Shown: positions 27,406 through 39,219 of the stretch, one piece after another | Position numbering within the stretch: the stretch's first letter is position 1 | How the letters are laid out: each line of letters starts with the position of its first letter | Source: Heptranchias perlo | Taxonomy: Eukaryota | Length of the DNA: 64,000 nucleotides | Direction of reading: 5' to 3' | Assembly (NCBI RefSeq): GCF_035084215.1 | Contig: NC_090347.1 | Span: forward strand, 23,250,001-23,314,000 | Notes under the pieces: generated by a model | Databases searched by the model: none | What the model saw: only the letters and a program-made list of their open reading frames with translations | What the model was told of the DNA's origin: nothing | Position numbers and translations under genes: made by a program

Positions 27406-28824
27406 TATAAAAATAAGAGAAGAATGTATCACTTTAAAATGGCAACTGAATTATGTCTGTGCACCCTGGTTCAATTATCTCCTGCCTTTAATCTTGTTTG
27501 ATCCAAGGACTACTCTTGGTCTTGACTTCTCTTGTGCAACACCATAGCAGATCAACTAGTTTTTAAAAAAATCTAAGGAACCATAGGAGCTTAGGTCAGG
27601 AAATTCCTAGCACACTTCAACCTGTGAAATGTTCAGATTGTTTCAGGGCTCTACTTGATATTGCAAAAAATTATGAAAGTGCAAATCTACAAAACCTTTT
27701 CCTAATCAGAGCGCTAGCATCAAGAAAGCAGACTAAAGAAAAAAAAATCTTGTGCAAGTCAGATGCTGACATTTAGTTACTTGTATGGGCTTTTGTTTTT
27801 AAAAAAAGAGATGCTGAAAAGGGCACATCCTTCATCAGCAAATGCTAATCAAAGTGTAAAAATACAATAGATTTCAAAAGTGTCAACAGAATTCTCCAGC
27901 ATGACATCACCCATCCTAATGAGCTCAGAAAAGTTGGCCAATCATTTCACCATCCAATTTACTGACTGGCTATTGGGCAGCATTTAAGAGTAGTGAATAA
28001 TCAGTGTTAAACTATTTTAAAGTATTCACTAACTTTTTATTGTTTTATACATAATATTTTATAATAAAGTGTATTCACTGATATGCAGGACATCACCAAC
28101 CTGAAATGGTTAATTGTCATTTAAAGAGCCATCACCTTTCCTTGTGGTACCTTTCTTTTGCCTGGTGCAGAATCCACATGTTAAACCCCCATGGTTACAC
28201 CTCCATGTAGTCAAATCATGGCCTTCCCATAACTTGTTGAAAAATGCAAGCTTTCTCAGCTCAACCTATTTCCAAATCAAGAATCCAAATCTTCCAACCT
28301 CAAGAACCAGTAAAGCCTAAAACTCAGTGCAAGCCAACATCCTTAAAGTTATATCTCCACAGTATGAAAACAAATACTTATTAATATATCTCTGCCCTGT
28401 GCAACTTGTTCACATCCACACTAAAAGCCTAAACATAAAAAGGAAGGAATGAGAAGCATCCAGGTAGACCCTGATAACCTGATCGCACATTCACTGCAGT
28501 GGAGCAAGAAGATCAACTTAAAACTATTTTTCAAATATTGAAAAATATTTGAAAAATAGTTTCAAATATTTTTCAATATTTCACCCTCCCAGAAGGATGA
28601 AGCTGGAGGTGCTGTGGCCAGAACAGTACATTGCTATGAACATTCTGACGCTGCCTCCACTTCCAGCCATTTTGCACAGAAGTCCAGGGGGTAACAAAGG
28701 CTGTTAATAACCTCAGTTTCAGTAGCACGTCCCGTGCCCATCAGTTCTTCCCACAGAAGAGGAGCCTCCATGGCGGGACAGTATAATTCTCATGACTGAC
28801 AGCAACAAACGTGGGATATATGCC

Positions 28825-29110
28825 ACTAGTATGATGGCTCAATGGTAAAGTCACCATGTATGAGCTACACAGAATAGGAAAATTATAGGTTCAATCAGTG
28901 GTCTGTGCTGAGTCAGCAGCTCTCAACCAGGATAGTGATAGACACTATCGCCCGGCCTACGGAGAGAAAAATTGGCTGCATTTGGACATAGGGCAGATTT
29001 AATGAGACTTATCTGTTCTAGAACTCTTGTCGAAGCTCAGACTTTAGCAATGATCATTTGAGTGGGGTACTAGAAGGCAACTGGCCCATGTAGAATGGAG
29101 AGAAAACTTG
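28825..29110 (+). mobile_element. Family B SINE
   Basis: atggctcaatggtaaag...tgagctacacagaataggaa...ggttcaatcagtggtctgtgctgagtcagc. Confidence 0.55.
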
Positions 29111-29617
29111 CAAGCAAAAAAAAAGTGTGTGATGAATGAGTGGCACGGCCCTTTTCTGGGAAATCTAAAGGTTCCCCTGACACCTATTAAAGGGCAGCAG
29201 ACGACCCATTACAAGACAATATTAGAGGCTCCTGACTGTCCTCCCCAGACCCACTTTGAACAAATTGTCCTAAATCCTTCAATAGGTAATGCCATCAAAG
29301 TGTGTAGAACCCTGCAGATTCTGAGTGCCAATATATACTACTAGAAACACATGACCAGAACAATTTAATCAATATACAACTCTGAAAAATATTTTTTAAA
29401 AGGAAATTGTCACTGTTGCATGGATTGGAGAAGTGCAGAGGTTTGTCATTTTATATCACCCACAAGCAACAAAATCAGTTTTCAAACAGAAACAATATCT
29501 TTGTGTTGTCATATGTTGAACACCACTTGAAAAAATGTCAATGACTTTCCAACAGCAATGACCCCCTTCAACAAAGCCCTGTGTAAGTAAACTTTTTCTG
29601 TTTTAAAAAAAAGTCAC

Positions 29618-29904
29618 CTGGTACAAAAACTGTCTCCCCGGGTTTCTGAAGGATTTCCAAGGGTTTAAACTCTTGAGGCCAGGTCGGATGCTGTGTCCGA
29701 GGGTAGACAATGACGAACCATGTGATGGCCTCATCTTGTTGATTTCCACCTTCTTCCCTGGTCATCTTGATAAGTTCACGAGGTGTATTTGTAGGGAACA
29801 AACACCAACGCTTGTGACCCTGAACTAGAGCATTCCATGCACTTGTTCCTAAAGGATCAATATGGACACCAGTTCCAGACCTAGGAGGGCCCATGACAAA
29901 CCAT
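29618..29904 (-). CDS. JMJD6: JMJD6 coding exon 3 (JmjC core)
   Basis: tttAG|A TGG TTT...[37 protein letters not shown]...[15 protein letters not shown](G)|GTGACT; 287 nt; HxD iron-binding motif. Confidence 0.98.
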
Positions 29905-30189
29905 CTAAAAAGATAAAACATAGGGATTATTTTTCACATTTATCCTTCTGCACTGTAATACTAAGCATTCAAATGTGCTGATTCTGATGTTATCACTGAT
30001 GTATTGTATACAGAAGACGTGCTAGAAATATTCTTCCTGTACAGGTACCATGTCCTTGTTTTTCTCTTCAAAATAAAACTCATGAGGTGATTTAGAAAGT
30101 AACTTTTCAATCCTCTTATTCTCTGCACCCAGTCATATATGCATGTGTAATGTAAAAATTGCTGAAAATTAGAAGTGTACATGGAACAT

Positions 30190-30692
30190 TAACTCATCTC
30201 ACCCAGGATATCTAACTTATCCAAACCTTCATTGCTCACACCCCGTCCTGCACTAAGTCCCACTTGCCCATCACTCCAGTCGACCTCCACTTGCTTCTTG
30301 TCCCCCAATACATTAAGCTCAAATTCCTTGTCCTGTTAACAAATCCCTCAGTAGCCTTGCCCTTCCCTACCGCTGCACCCTCCTCCACTCCCCGTCCTAC
30401 AGTGTTCTGACTCCGACCTCCTGTGCATTCCCTCCATCTCCTCCTGCCATTCAGCTTTTGGTGCCAGAGCCTTCAACGTTCACTATCGTCCACTCTGGAA
30501 CTCCCTCCTTAAATCTATTTGCCTTCTACTTTTCTCTCTGTCTTTAAAAGCTTCCTCAAAACTTATCTTTTTGACCATTCATTCAGATCTCTCTTAACTC
30601 ATCGACTCATGCTCGTTGCTAGTGCTCTCTTGAGTGAAACATCTTGGGATTCTTCATTACATTAAAGACACTATATAAATCCAAGTTGTTTT
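30190..30692 (+). mobile_element. L2-clade LINE 3' fragment
   Basis: Similar to 17200-17700; ends in cactatataaatccaagttgtt. Confidence 0.75.
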
Positions 30693-30764
30693 TCTTATGA
30701 AAATAATTCTGAACTATCCCATAAAGTATTTACAGTGCAATCGTGCACACTTATAATGAGTTAT

Positions 30765-31092
30765 TCCGGACTGATTGGCACAGTGGGTTAGACACTAACC
30801 TTTCACTGATGCAACCTGGGCACAGTAGAGGCTAGGCTTATTAATTACCATCAGGGTCCGACGTGAAATGGGTTCGGCCATTCTCTTGATCTAATTCCAA
30901 GACATGAGGCCACAGTACAACAGAATAGCTGGTGTGGAAAATGATGTTGTCACACAGGTACGTGACCTTCTGAGGCTGTGGTTTCAGGTGTATTGTTGGG
31001 ACCATAGAATTCTTGATGCTCGAAATTGAAGTATTCCTTGCTCCAGCATCTCTCAGCTCGATGAGCACAAAATTCACAAAACAAAGTTTTTT
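30765..31092 (+). mobile_element. Ancient SINE resembling LF-SINE
   Basis: ggactgattggcacagtgg..cctttcac..ttaccatc..gtgaaatgggtt..gagcacaaaattcacaaaacaaa, collinear with recalled LF-SINE consensus blocks. Confidence 0.5.
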
Positions 31093-32010
31093 TTAAAATC
31101 AATTTTGTTTAAAATCATTGTGATGGCCACATTATACAAAGACCATTCCAGAGTAAAGATATCTTATTTATTAGTACCTTTAACTCCAGCAAGAATAAAT
31201 TTCTTAAGACTGATTGTAGTTTATATGATCACAATGAATGATCCAATATATTTTATACTGTAATTTCAAGACAGCTGAGCTGATTAGAGTGGGATATTTT
31301 AATCGGCTTGAGGTTCTTAATTCAATTCCAGCATGTAGAAAAGCTTTCCCTGAATAAAGTTTTCTAATGTTTGTGAATGGTTTCAATCAGGGTCAACAGA
31401 AATATAATGAGACACTTGAAAAAATAAATTTGCAGGATAGTGCACTCATATCCCATTTGTGCTTTTCTCCCATACACATAAACACTACCTGCCTACAATA
31501 TTATGGAAGGCAATTTACAGATACTTGGCCCTTTTATTAAAATAAACTGGATTCTTTGTATATTTTCTAAATGTCATTTTTATTGATCACTTTGATCAAC
31601 AAGACACTGGAAGGGCATCATTTTGAATCGTTCTGTCACAATCCACAAGTCTTCCTGTGCATGTTGCATTACTCACTAAGGATCGTGTTAAAAAGGCAAA
31701 GACAGTTTGCTGATTGGTCTGATAATAATTGACTAACATTTGCTAACTACTCAGCTGGGCGGCTGACATGCTTCACCAGCATCCACTGCCCTACATTAAC
31801 AGAGCTCATCACTTCATTTTTGCTTGAATGGAATGACGGTCACTAGGGCTCCAAAAGAGCTCTCCTACTAAGGTCTACCCTGTCACACTAGAAATCCAAC
31901 ATGAAAGCTGTGGGATATAGGAGGTACTCTCAACACACTGACAGTACACTGACCTACATTACTGCTTTTCAACAATTAATCACGAAGGTTGGTTGCTTAA
32001 GTGCTGTTAC

Positions 32011-32399
32011 CTGTACGGAGGTCTCCGCTTTTCCCCTGCAAACTGGAATAAATCATCCCTAAAATATTTTGGCACTTCATAATCTTCTAACAGTTTACCC
32101 CTTTTAGGGTGCTCCCCATAGCTACTGTCAAAAATGTAAAGAGGACTATCATCTTTTGTAGTTTCCATGTAGTCGGCATAATACTTCATCTTCATTTTAA
32201 CAGAGTAGCCATCGTTGTCTTCCCCGCATTTAAATTTTTGATTTCTGTACTTGCGCTTTAATCGCTCCAGCGTCCACTTTTCACCTGCTGCCCATCCACG
32301 CTCAGCATTTATCAGCACCACAGGCTTATATGGTTTCTCATACTTCTCAATGAATTCTTCAATAGAAATCTGAAGAGCGTCTATCCTTTCTACGTTGTC
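32011..32399 (-). CDS. JMJD6: JMJD6 coding exon 2
   Basis: ttgcAG|GAC AAC...[10 protein letters not shown]...[25 protein letters not shown]...[17 protein letters not shown]...[17 protein letters not shown](R)|GTAAC; 389 nt. Confidence 0.98.
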
Positions 32400-34177
32400 C
32401 TGCAACAAAAGGAAAATGTATTCAACATAAAATGGGTTGATTTTGCAACGTCAGCAATTAGGAAATGCACTGAGCCACTGCAGTGAGGTAACAAAAATAT
32501 ATCTCCTATTTGGTTAACAATGCAACACTGATCAGTTAACTGCTAGTTAGAAATAATGGATTTCTTGCGTTTGTGATAGCTCCTCACAATGAAAACAACA
32601 GGGACCTTGAAGCTATCATTCATCCTCCAAGGATTAAAAGTAACATTTTTATGTTATATTGTTTCTAGCAATGCTGTGCAATTTTATTTGCATATTTTAA
32701 TACATATATTGTGCCTCCTGAAATTTATTACTTCATTAAGCTAGTAACTTTGGATTGTAGTGTTTGTGATCAATTCATTGCAGCTCACAGGTCTAATATG
32801 CACTTTGGCTATTGAGCTTAATTTTTTGAGATATATAATTTCTCCACGATATCTTCTGGGACCAGGAACCACAGACTCCTGGTAAGAGCACAGGTGAATG
32901 ACTGAGCATGTCTCCACAGACTCTGTCAACTTTGTTCTGCATAAAATGAATGCGTAATTACACAGAAACACACCATTGCAGTATCCTCTTACAAACTAAC
33001 TGTTAGATAGATTTTAAATTTGCACAAAAACACTTCTGCATGATGGCTGGTCTTTAATGGCCACATTATAAATCACTAGTTTGTTAATTTAATTTTCAAA
33101 TTGAGTGAAAGCTATAGCGTCTAATTAAAAGTATAGAGACTGCACAGCATCTTGTTTTCAATAATCACCAGTATAGATTGTTGCCAATTTATTAAAATTA
33201 CTGATTTCTAGGAATTCCCTTTATTAGTGTGCAAATCTGGCCTCCCAATAGATTAAAACATTCCTTTTCAATCCGCCCAGTCATTAAGTTGAATGCTTTG
33301 GTTTGTACTAATTGCTCTAATACTTTGTGACACTGCTCACAGTAGGTAATGCAAAAATAATAAAATAAAAATCTATGGCTTCCCCAATGACCTGGCAGGT
33401 AAGTACACCACCAGTTGTGGTGAGTTACACAGAATAGGAAGATCCCAAGTTTGTTCCCTGGTCTGCTGAGTTACTAGGAAATGAAGACAGCTCATAAAAA
33501 TGACAATATTTTGGTTTTATTGCACTTAATCTTTCACACATAAAAAATATGGTCTTTTTGAAAAGTTGCCAGTTAATTTTTGAAAAATGTTTTATCAGTT
33601 GGGTGCAGTAGTATAGAAGTTATGTTACTGGACTAGTAATCCAGACGCCTGGATGAATAATCCAGAGAATTTGAGTTCAAATCCCATCATAGAAGTTTGA
33701 GAATTTGAATTCAGTTTTAAAAATCTGGAAATACGTCCTGTCCCACTGGCAGGACAGACTCACAAGAGATGGGGGCACAGTGGTATACAGTCAGGGGGAG
33801 TGACCCTGGGAGTCCTCAACATTGACTCCAGATCCCATGAAGTCTCATGGCTTCAGGTCAGACACGGGTAATGAAACTTCCTGCTAAGTACAACCTACCG
33901 CTCTCCCTCAGCTGATGAATCAGTACTCCTCCATGTTGAACACCGCTTGGAGGAAGCGCTGAGGATAGCAAAGACGCAGACTGTATATCAATAAGAGTGG
34001 CTCCATAATATCACCACTGACCGAGCTGACTAAGTCCTGAAGGACATAGCTGCCAGACTGGGCTTGTGGCAGGTGGTGAGAAAACCAACATGTGGGAATA
34101 ACCTTTTTGAACTCATCTGCACCAATCTATCTGTCGCAAATGTGCTGGTCCATGTCAGCTTTGGAGAAATGACCACA

Positions 34178-35192
34178 CAAAGGAAGATGGTAGTGGTTGT
34201 TGGAGGCCAATCATCTCAGCCCCAGGAGTTCCTCAGGGCGGTGTCCTAGGCCCAACCATTTTCAGCTACTTCATCAATGACCTTCCTCTATCATAAGGTC
34301 ATAAATGGGGATGTTCGCTGATGATTACACAGTGTTCAGTTCCATTTGCAACCCCTCAGATAATGAAGCAGTCCATGCCCACATGCAGCAAGACCTGGAC
34401 AACATCCAGGCCTGGGCTCATAAGTGGCAAGTAACATTCGTGCCAGGCAAAGACCATCTCCAACAAGAGAGAGTCTAACCACCTCCACTTGACATTCAAC
34501 GGCATAACCATCGCCAAATCCCCCACCATCCTGGGGGTCACCATTCACCAGAAACTTAACTGGACCAGCCACATAAATACTGTGGCTACAATTGCAAGTC
34601 AGAGGCTGGGTATTCTGTGGCGAGTGACTCACCTTCTGACTCCCAAAAGCCTTTTCACCATCTACAAGGCACAAGTCAGGAGTGTGATGGAATACTCTCC
34701 ACTTGCCTGAATAAGTGCAGCTCCAACAACACTCAAGAAGCTCGACACAATCCAGGACAAAGCAGCCTGCTTGATTGGCACACCATCCACCACCCTAAAC
34801 GTTCACTCCCTTCACCACCGGCGCACAAGTGGCTGCAGTGTGTACCATCTACAGGATGCACTGCAGCAACTCGCCAAGGCTTCTTCGACAGCACCTCCCA
34901 AACCCACGACCTCTACCACCTAGAAGGGCAGCAGGCACATGGGAACACCACCTGCATGTTCCCCTCCAAGTCACACACCATCCCAACTTGGAAATATATT
35001 GCCTTCCTTCATCGTCGCTCTGTCAAAATCTTGGAACTCCCTACCTAACAGCATTGTGGGAGAACCTTCACCACACCGACTGCAGCGGTTCAAGAAGGCG
35101 GCTCACCACCACCTTCTCAATGACAATTAGGGATGGGCAATAAATGCTGGCCTTGCCAGTGACACCCACATCCCATGAACGAATAAAAAAAA
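34178..35192 (+). mobile_element. Younger family A LINE 3' fragment nested in the older copy
   Basis: Starts abruptly at RKMVVVVGGQSS and ends with 3'UTR + A-run at ~35185-35192; the host LINE resumes at gtctttgtggagaccaagtccc. Confidence 0.85.
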
Positions 35193-36546
35193 AGAGTCTT
35201 TGTGGAGACCAAGTCCCGACTTTACACTGAGGACATACTCCATTGTGTTGTGTGGCGCTACAACCATAATATGTGGAATAGATTTAAGAATAGATTAAGA
35301 ACAGAACTAGCAGCTCAAAACTGGGCATCCATGCAGCACTGTGGGACATCAACAGCAGCAGAATTGTATACCATCACAATCTGTAACCTCATGGCCCGGC
35401 ATATCCCTCACTCCTCCATCAAGCCAGATGACCAACCCTAGTTCAGTGAGGAGTGTAGACATGCACGTCAGGAGCTGCACCAGGTGTGCCTGAAAATTAG
35501 GAGCCAACCTGGTGAAGCCATAAAACAAGACTACATGCATGCTAAACAGCAAAAGCAGCATCCTATAGGCAGAGCTAAGCTATCAGGTCAAAACTGCAAT
35601 GCTGCCACATCTAGTTATGACTGATAGTGGACAAATAAGCAACTAACAATAGGAGGAGGCTCCATGAACATCCCCATCCTCAACAATGATGGAGCCCAGC
35701 ATGTGAGTGCAAAAGACAAGGTTGAAGCGTTTGCAACCACCTTCAGCTAGAAGTGCCGAGTGGACGATCCTTCTTGGCCTTCTCCTGAGGTCCCCACCAT
35801 CAGAGATGCTAACCTTCAGCTAATTCAATTCACTCCACATGACATCAAGAAATGGCTGAGTACACTGGACACAGCAATTGCTACGGGCCCTGACAACATC
35901 CCGGCTGTAGTGTTAAAGGCATGTACTCCAAAACTAACCTCACCCCGAGCTAAGCAGTTCCAGTACAGCTACGTCAGTGGCATCTACCTGACAATGTAGA
36001 AGATTGCCCAGCTATGAACTGACCACAAAAAGCAGGACAAATCCAGCCCAGCCAATTACTGCCCTATCAGCCTACTTGTAATCATCAGCAAAGTGATAGG
36101 AGTCGTTAACAGCATTATCAAGTGACACTTGCTCACCAATAACCTGCTCACCTATGCTCAGTTTGGGTTCCACGAAGACTACTCAGCTTCAGACCTTCAG
36201 CTACAGCCTTGGACACAAGACATGAATTCCAGAGGTGAAGTGAGAATGATTGCCCTTCACATCCAGGCAGCATTCGTCCAAGTGTGGCACCAAGGAATCC
36301 TAGTAAAACTGAAGTCAATGGGGATCTGAGCTAGAGTCATACCTGGCACAAAGGAAAATGGTTGTGGTTGTTGGTGGCCAATCCCCTCACGCCCAGGACA
36401 TCATTGCATGAGTTTCTCAAGGCAGTGTCCTACACTATTTTCAGCTGCTTCATCAATGACCTCTCCACGATCATAAGGTTGGAAGTGGGCCTGTTGGCTG
36501 ATGATTGCAAGGTATTCAGCTCCATTCGTCATTCCTCAGATAATGA

Positions 36547-36758
36547 TGTTAATTATATCCATATAATTTATATAAATTAGTGTTAATTGTATTCAGGTGG
36601 TACGTATCAATTAGGGACTCTCTTGTATCCATTTATATGAGAGCTTATCTAGGGTGTGGGGTGAGTAGTGTGGATCTCTGTGAATAAAGGCTTGGAAGCA
36701 ACTGAAGACCAGGCTTTAGTATTCTATCCTTCATCACCCGGCTATCCAATTTATTACA
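36547..36758 (+). mobile_element. Solo LTR (212 bp) with 5-bp TSD
   Basis: TGTTAAT...ATTACA (TG..CA) ends; TSD AATGA at 36542-36546 and 36759-36763; internal TATA-like and AATAAA; interrupts otherwise contiguous LINE sequence cctcagataatga|agcagtccatgccc. Confidence 0.85.
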
Positions 36759-38059
36759 AATGAAGCAGTCCATGCCCACACGCAGCAAGATCTGGACAAC
36801 ATCCAGGCTTGGGCTGATAAGTGGCAAAAAATAATTGCACCACACAAGTGTCAGGCAATGACCATCTCCACCATTCCTTGACATTCATTTACATTACCAT
36901 CGCCAAGTCCCCCACCATCAACATCCTGGAGATCAACATTGACCAGAAGCTCAACTGGACCAGCCACATAAATCCCATGGCTACTTGAGCAGGTCAGAGG
37001 CTGTGTATTCTGTTGCAAATGGCTCACCTCCTGACTGCCCACAGCCACTCCACCACCTACAAGGCATAAGTTAGGAGTGAGATGGAATGCTCTCAATTTG
37101 TCTGGAATGGTGCAGCTGCAACAACACCCAAGAAGCTTCATACCATCCAAGACAAAGCACTTCCATCCACTAGCCTAAACATCCACTCCCCTCCATCTCC
37201 GGTGCACTGTGGCTGCAGTTTCTATTACCTACAGAATGCACTGCAGCAACTTAACAAGGCTTCTTCAGCAGCACTTCCCAAACCCATGACCTCCACCACT
37301 TGGAAGCACAATGTAGGAGATGCATGAGAACACCATCACCTTCAAGTCACACACCATCTTGACGTGGACATATATCGACCGTTCCTTCACCTTCGCTGGG
37401 TCAAAATCCGGGAACTCCCAACCTAACAGCATTGTGAGAGCACCTTCATCACACGGACTGCAGCGGTTCATGAAGGTGGCCCGACACCACCTTCTCAAGG
37501 GCAACTAGGGATGGGCAATAAATACTGGCCTTGGCAGCAATGCCCACATCCCAAGAATGAACAAAAAAAATTAGGTCAGATCACATTGGCCAAATATTTC
37601 TTTTTGTCAGTACTGTAATGACACCACCCATACGGTATACTGTTTTATGTAAAATACAAATAGAACTGCCCCAGAATCTACCAAAGAAAATATAGCTGGA
37701 ATCTCTCATACTATGTTTAGTTACCACTTAGATTCATACAACACACTGATCATAATACAGATGGCAATTTAAAGCTAAAGCTATTGTGTCATGACAGTTT
37801 ATTAGAGGTATGATTAATATATTCTGAAAATGACAATACAAGTATTGACTTAATGTACACTTAATACATTGTGACATTCCAGCTAGGTTTTCTGGACTTG
37901 GTGTTATGCAGCATTAAAAAGTAAGAATTGATTCCAAGGATCTTGTGTAAGTCATATCTATTTTTAAGTATCGTTGATAAAGTCACACTGGTCTAAAATG
38001 ACATTGGCTAATCAGCCACCTCATTTATCTGGATGGATTAAAATAAGCATCAAAATAGA

Positions 38060-38705
38060 TCAGCTGGTTAAGGCAGCGAATAGATGAACTACACAGATCA
38101 CGAAAATCAATCCTCAGTCTGTGCTGGGTTAGCCATTCTTCGCTGGCGCAGTGGTAGGGGCGTGATAATAAGCCTTAGCATCCTGGGTTTAGAAGGGGAA
38201 AAGTTATTCAGGTTCCAACTCCTGATTGCTATCCAGTTACTCCTTGCTCAAAGCGAACATGTGCAGACATTAGGTGGAACAGGATCATACTTGGCAGTGG
38301 TGCTTGCCGTTGAAGAGTGTCGAGGTGGCAAGTGAACAATGGCCACTGGGTGAGTACTATAATGAAGGGGTTCGATAGGGTAGATGTAGAGAAGATATTT
38401 CCACTTATAAGGGAGTCCCAAACTCGGGGCCGTTAATATAAGATAGTCACTAAGAAACCCAATAAGGAATTCAGGAGAAACTTCCTTACTCAGAGTGGTG
38501 AGAATGTAGAACTCACTACCACATGGAGTGGTTGAGGTGAATGGCATAGATGCATTTAAGGGGGAGCTAGATAAGTACATAAGGGAGAAAGGAATAGAAG
38601 GATTTGTTGATAGGGTGAGATGAAGTCGGGTGGGAGGAGGTGCGTGTGAAGCATAAACACCGGCATAGACCTGTTGCGCCTGTTTCTGTGCTGTAAAATT
38701 CTATA
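38060..38705 (+). mobile_element. Family B SINE (~38060-38350) interrupted or followed by a CR1 3' fragment (~38355-38705)
   Basis: SINE body motifs, then gatagggtagatgtagagaagatatttccac...ttactcagagtggtgagaatgtagaactc...gctgtaaaattctat. Confidence 0.65.
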
Positions 38706-39219
38706 GGGCAACTAATGCTTATCGAGCTGTACCCGAGTAAGTAGTGAACCCCTTCAGGAATGGAAAGAATGGGAAAAACATTGGTGAGAAAATAATAACA
38801 TACAAAAATATAACTATTTATATATTTTCTAATACAAGTGACACCTAAAAATGATAGCTATAGAATGGCGACGCTGGTGGTAGAATTGTTATGCAATGAT
38901 TCTACCACGAAGAAAACAGAACATTTTAAACCTATAGACTTCTAAAATAAATAGAGGTTGAACACACTCAACTAGGCCCTATCTTTCAGAGCTCCACAAC
39001 AGAGGAAACTGAAGTTCCATCTCCCCCCACTAGCTGCAAAAATACCAGATTCCCAAAGGAATTCATTGTTCTTAAATTCTTAATTCATAATTCTCATCAA
39101 CTCATGTGCCACTGAACCAAGAAAGGAAGAGGAAGGCAGGCTGGGGCAGGACACAAAATGTTACTTGTTCAAATCAGATGACAGCTTTAAGAACTCATTT
39201 ACACCCATCACCCATACTG

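Larger units (their letters stand above)
33598..37570 (+). mobile_element. Older, long family A LINE (tRNA-like head, APE remnant, RT, 3'UTR, A-tail) carrying two nested insertions
   Basis: APE-like YVLSH.QDR..R.GGTVVYS at ~33735; RT fragments GPDNIPAVVLK, QFGFH, FINDL, LADD; family A 3' end at 37500-37570. Confidence 0.85.

Noticed and set aside
28520-28580. Short AT-rich palindromic/tandem TTTTTCAAATATTGAAAAA cluster
   Set aside because: Low-complexity local slippage or inversion; no further structure.
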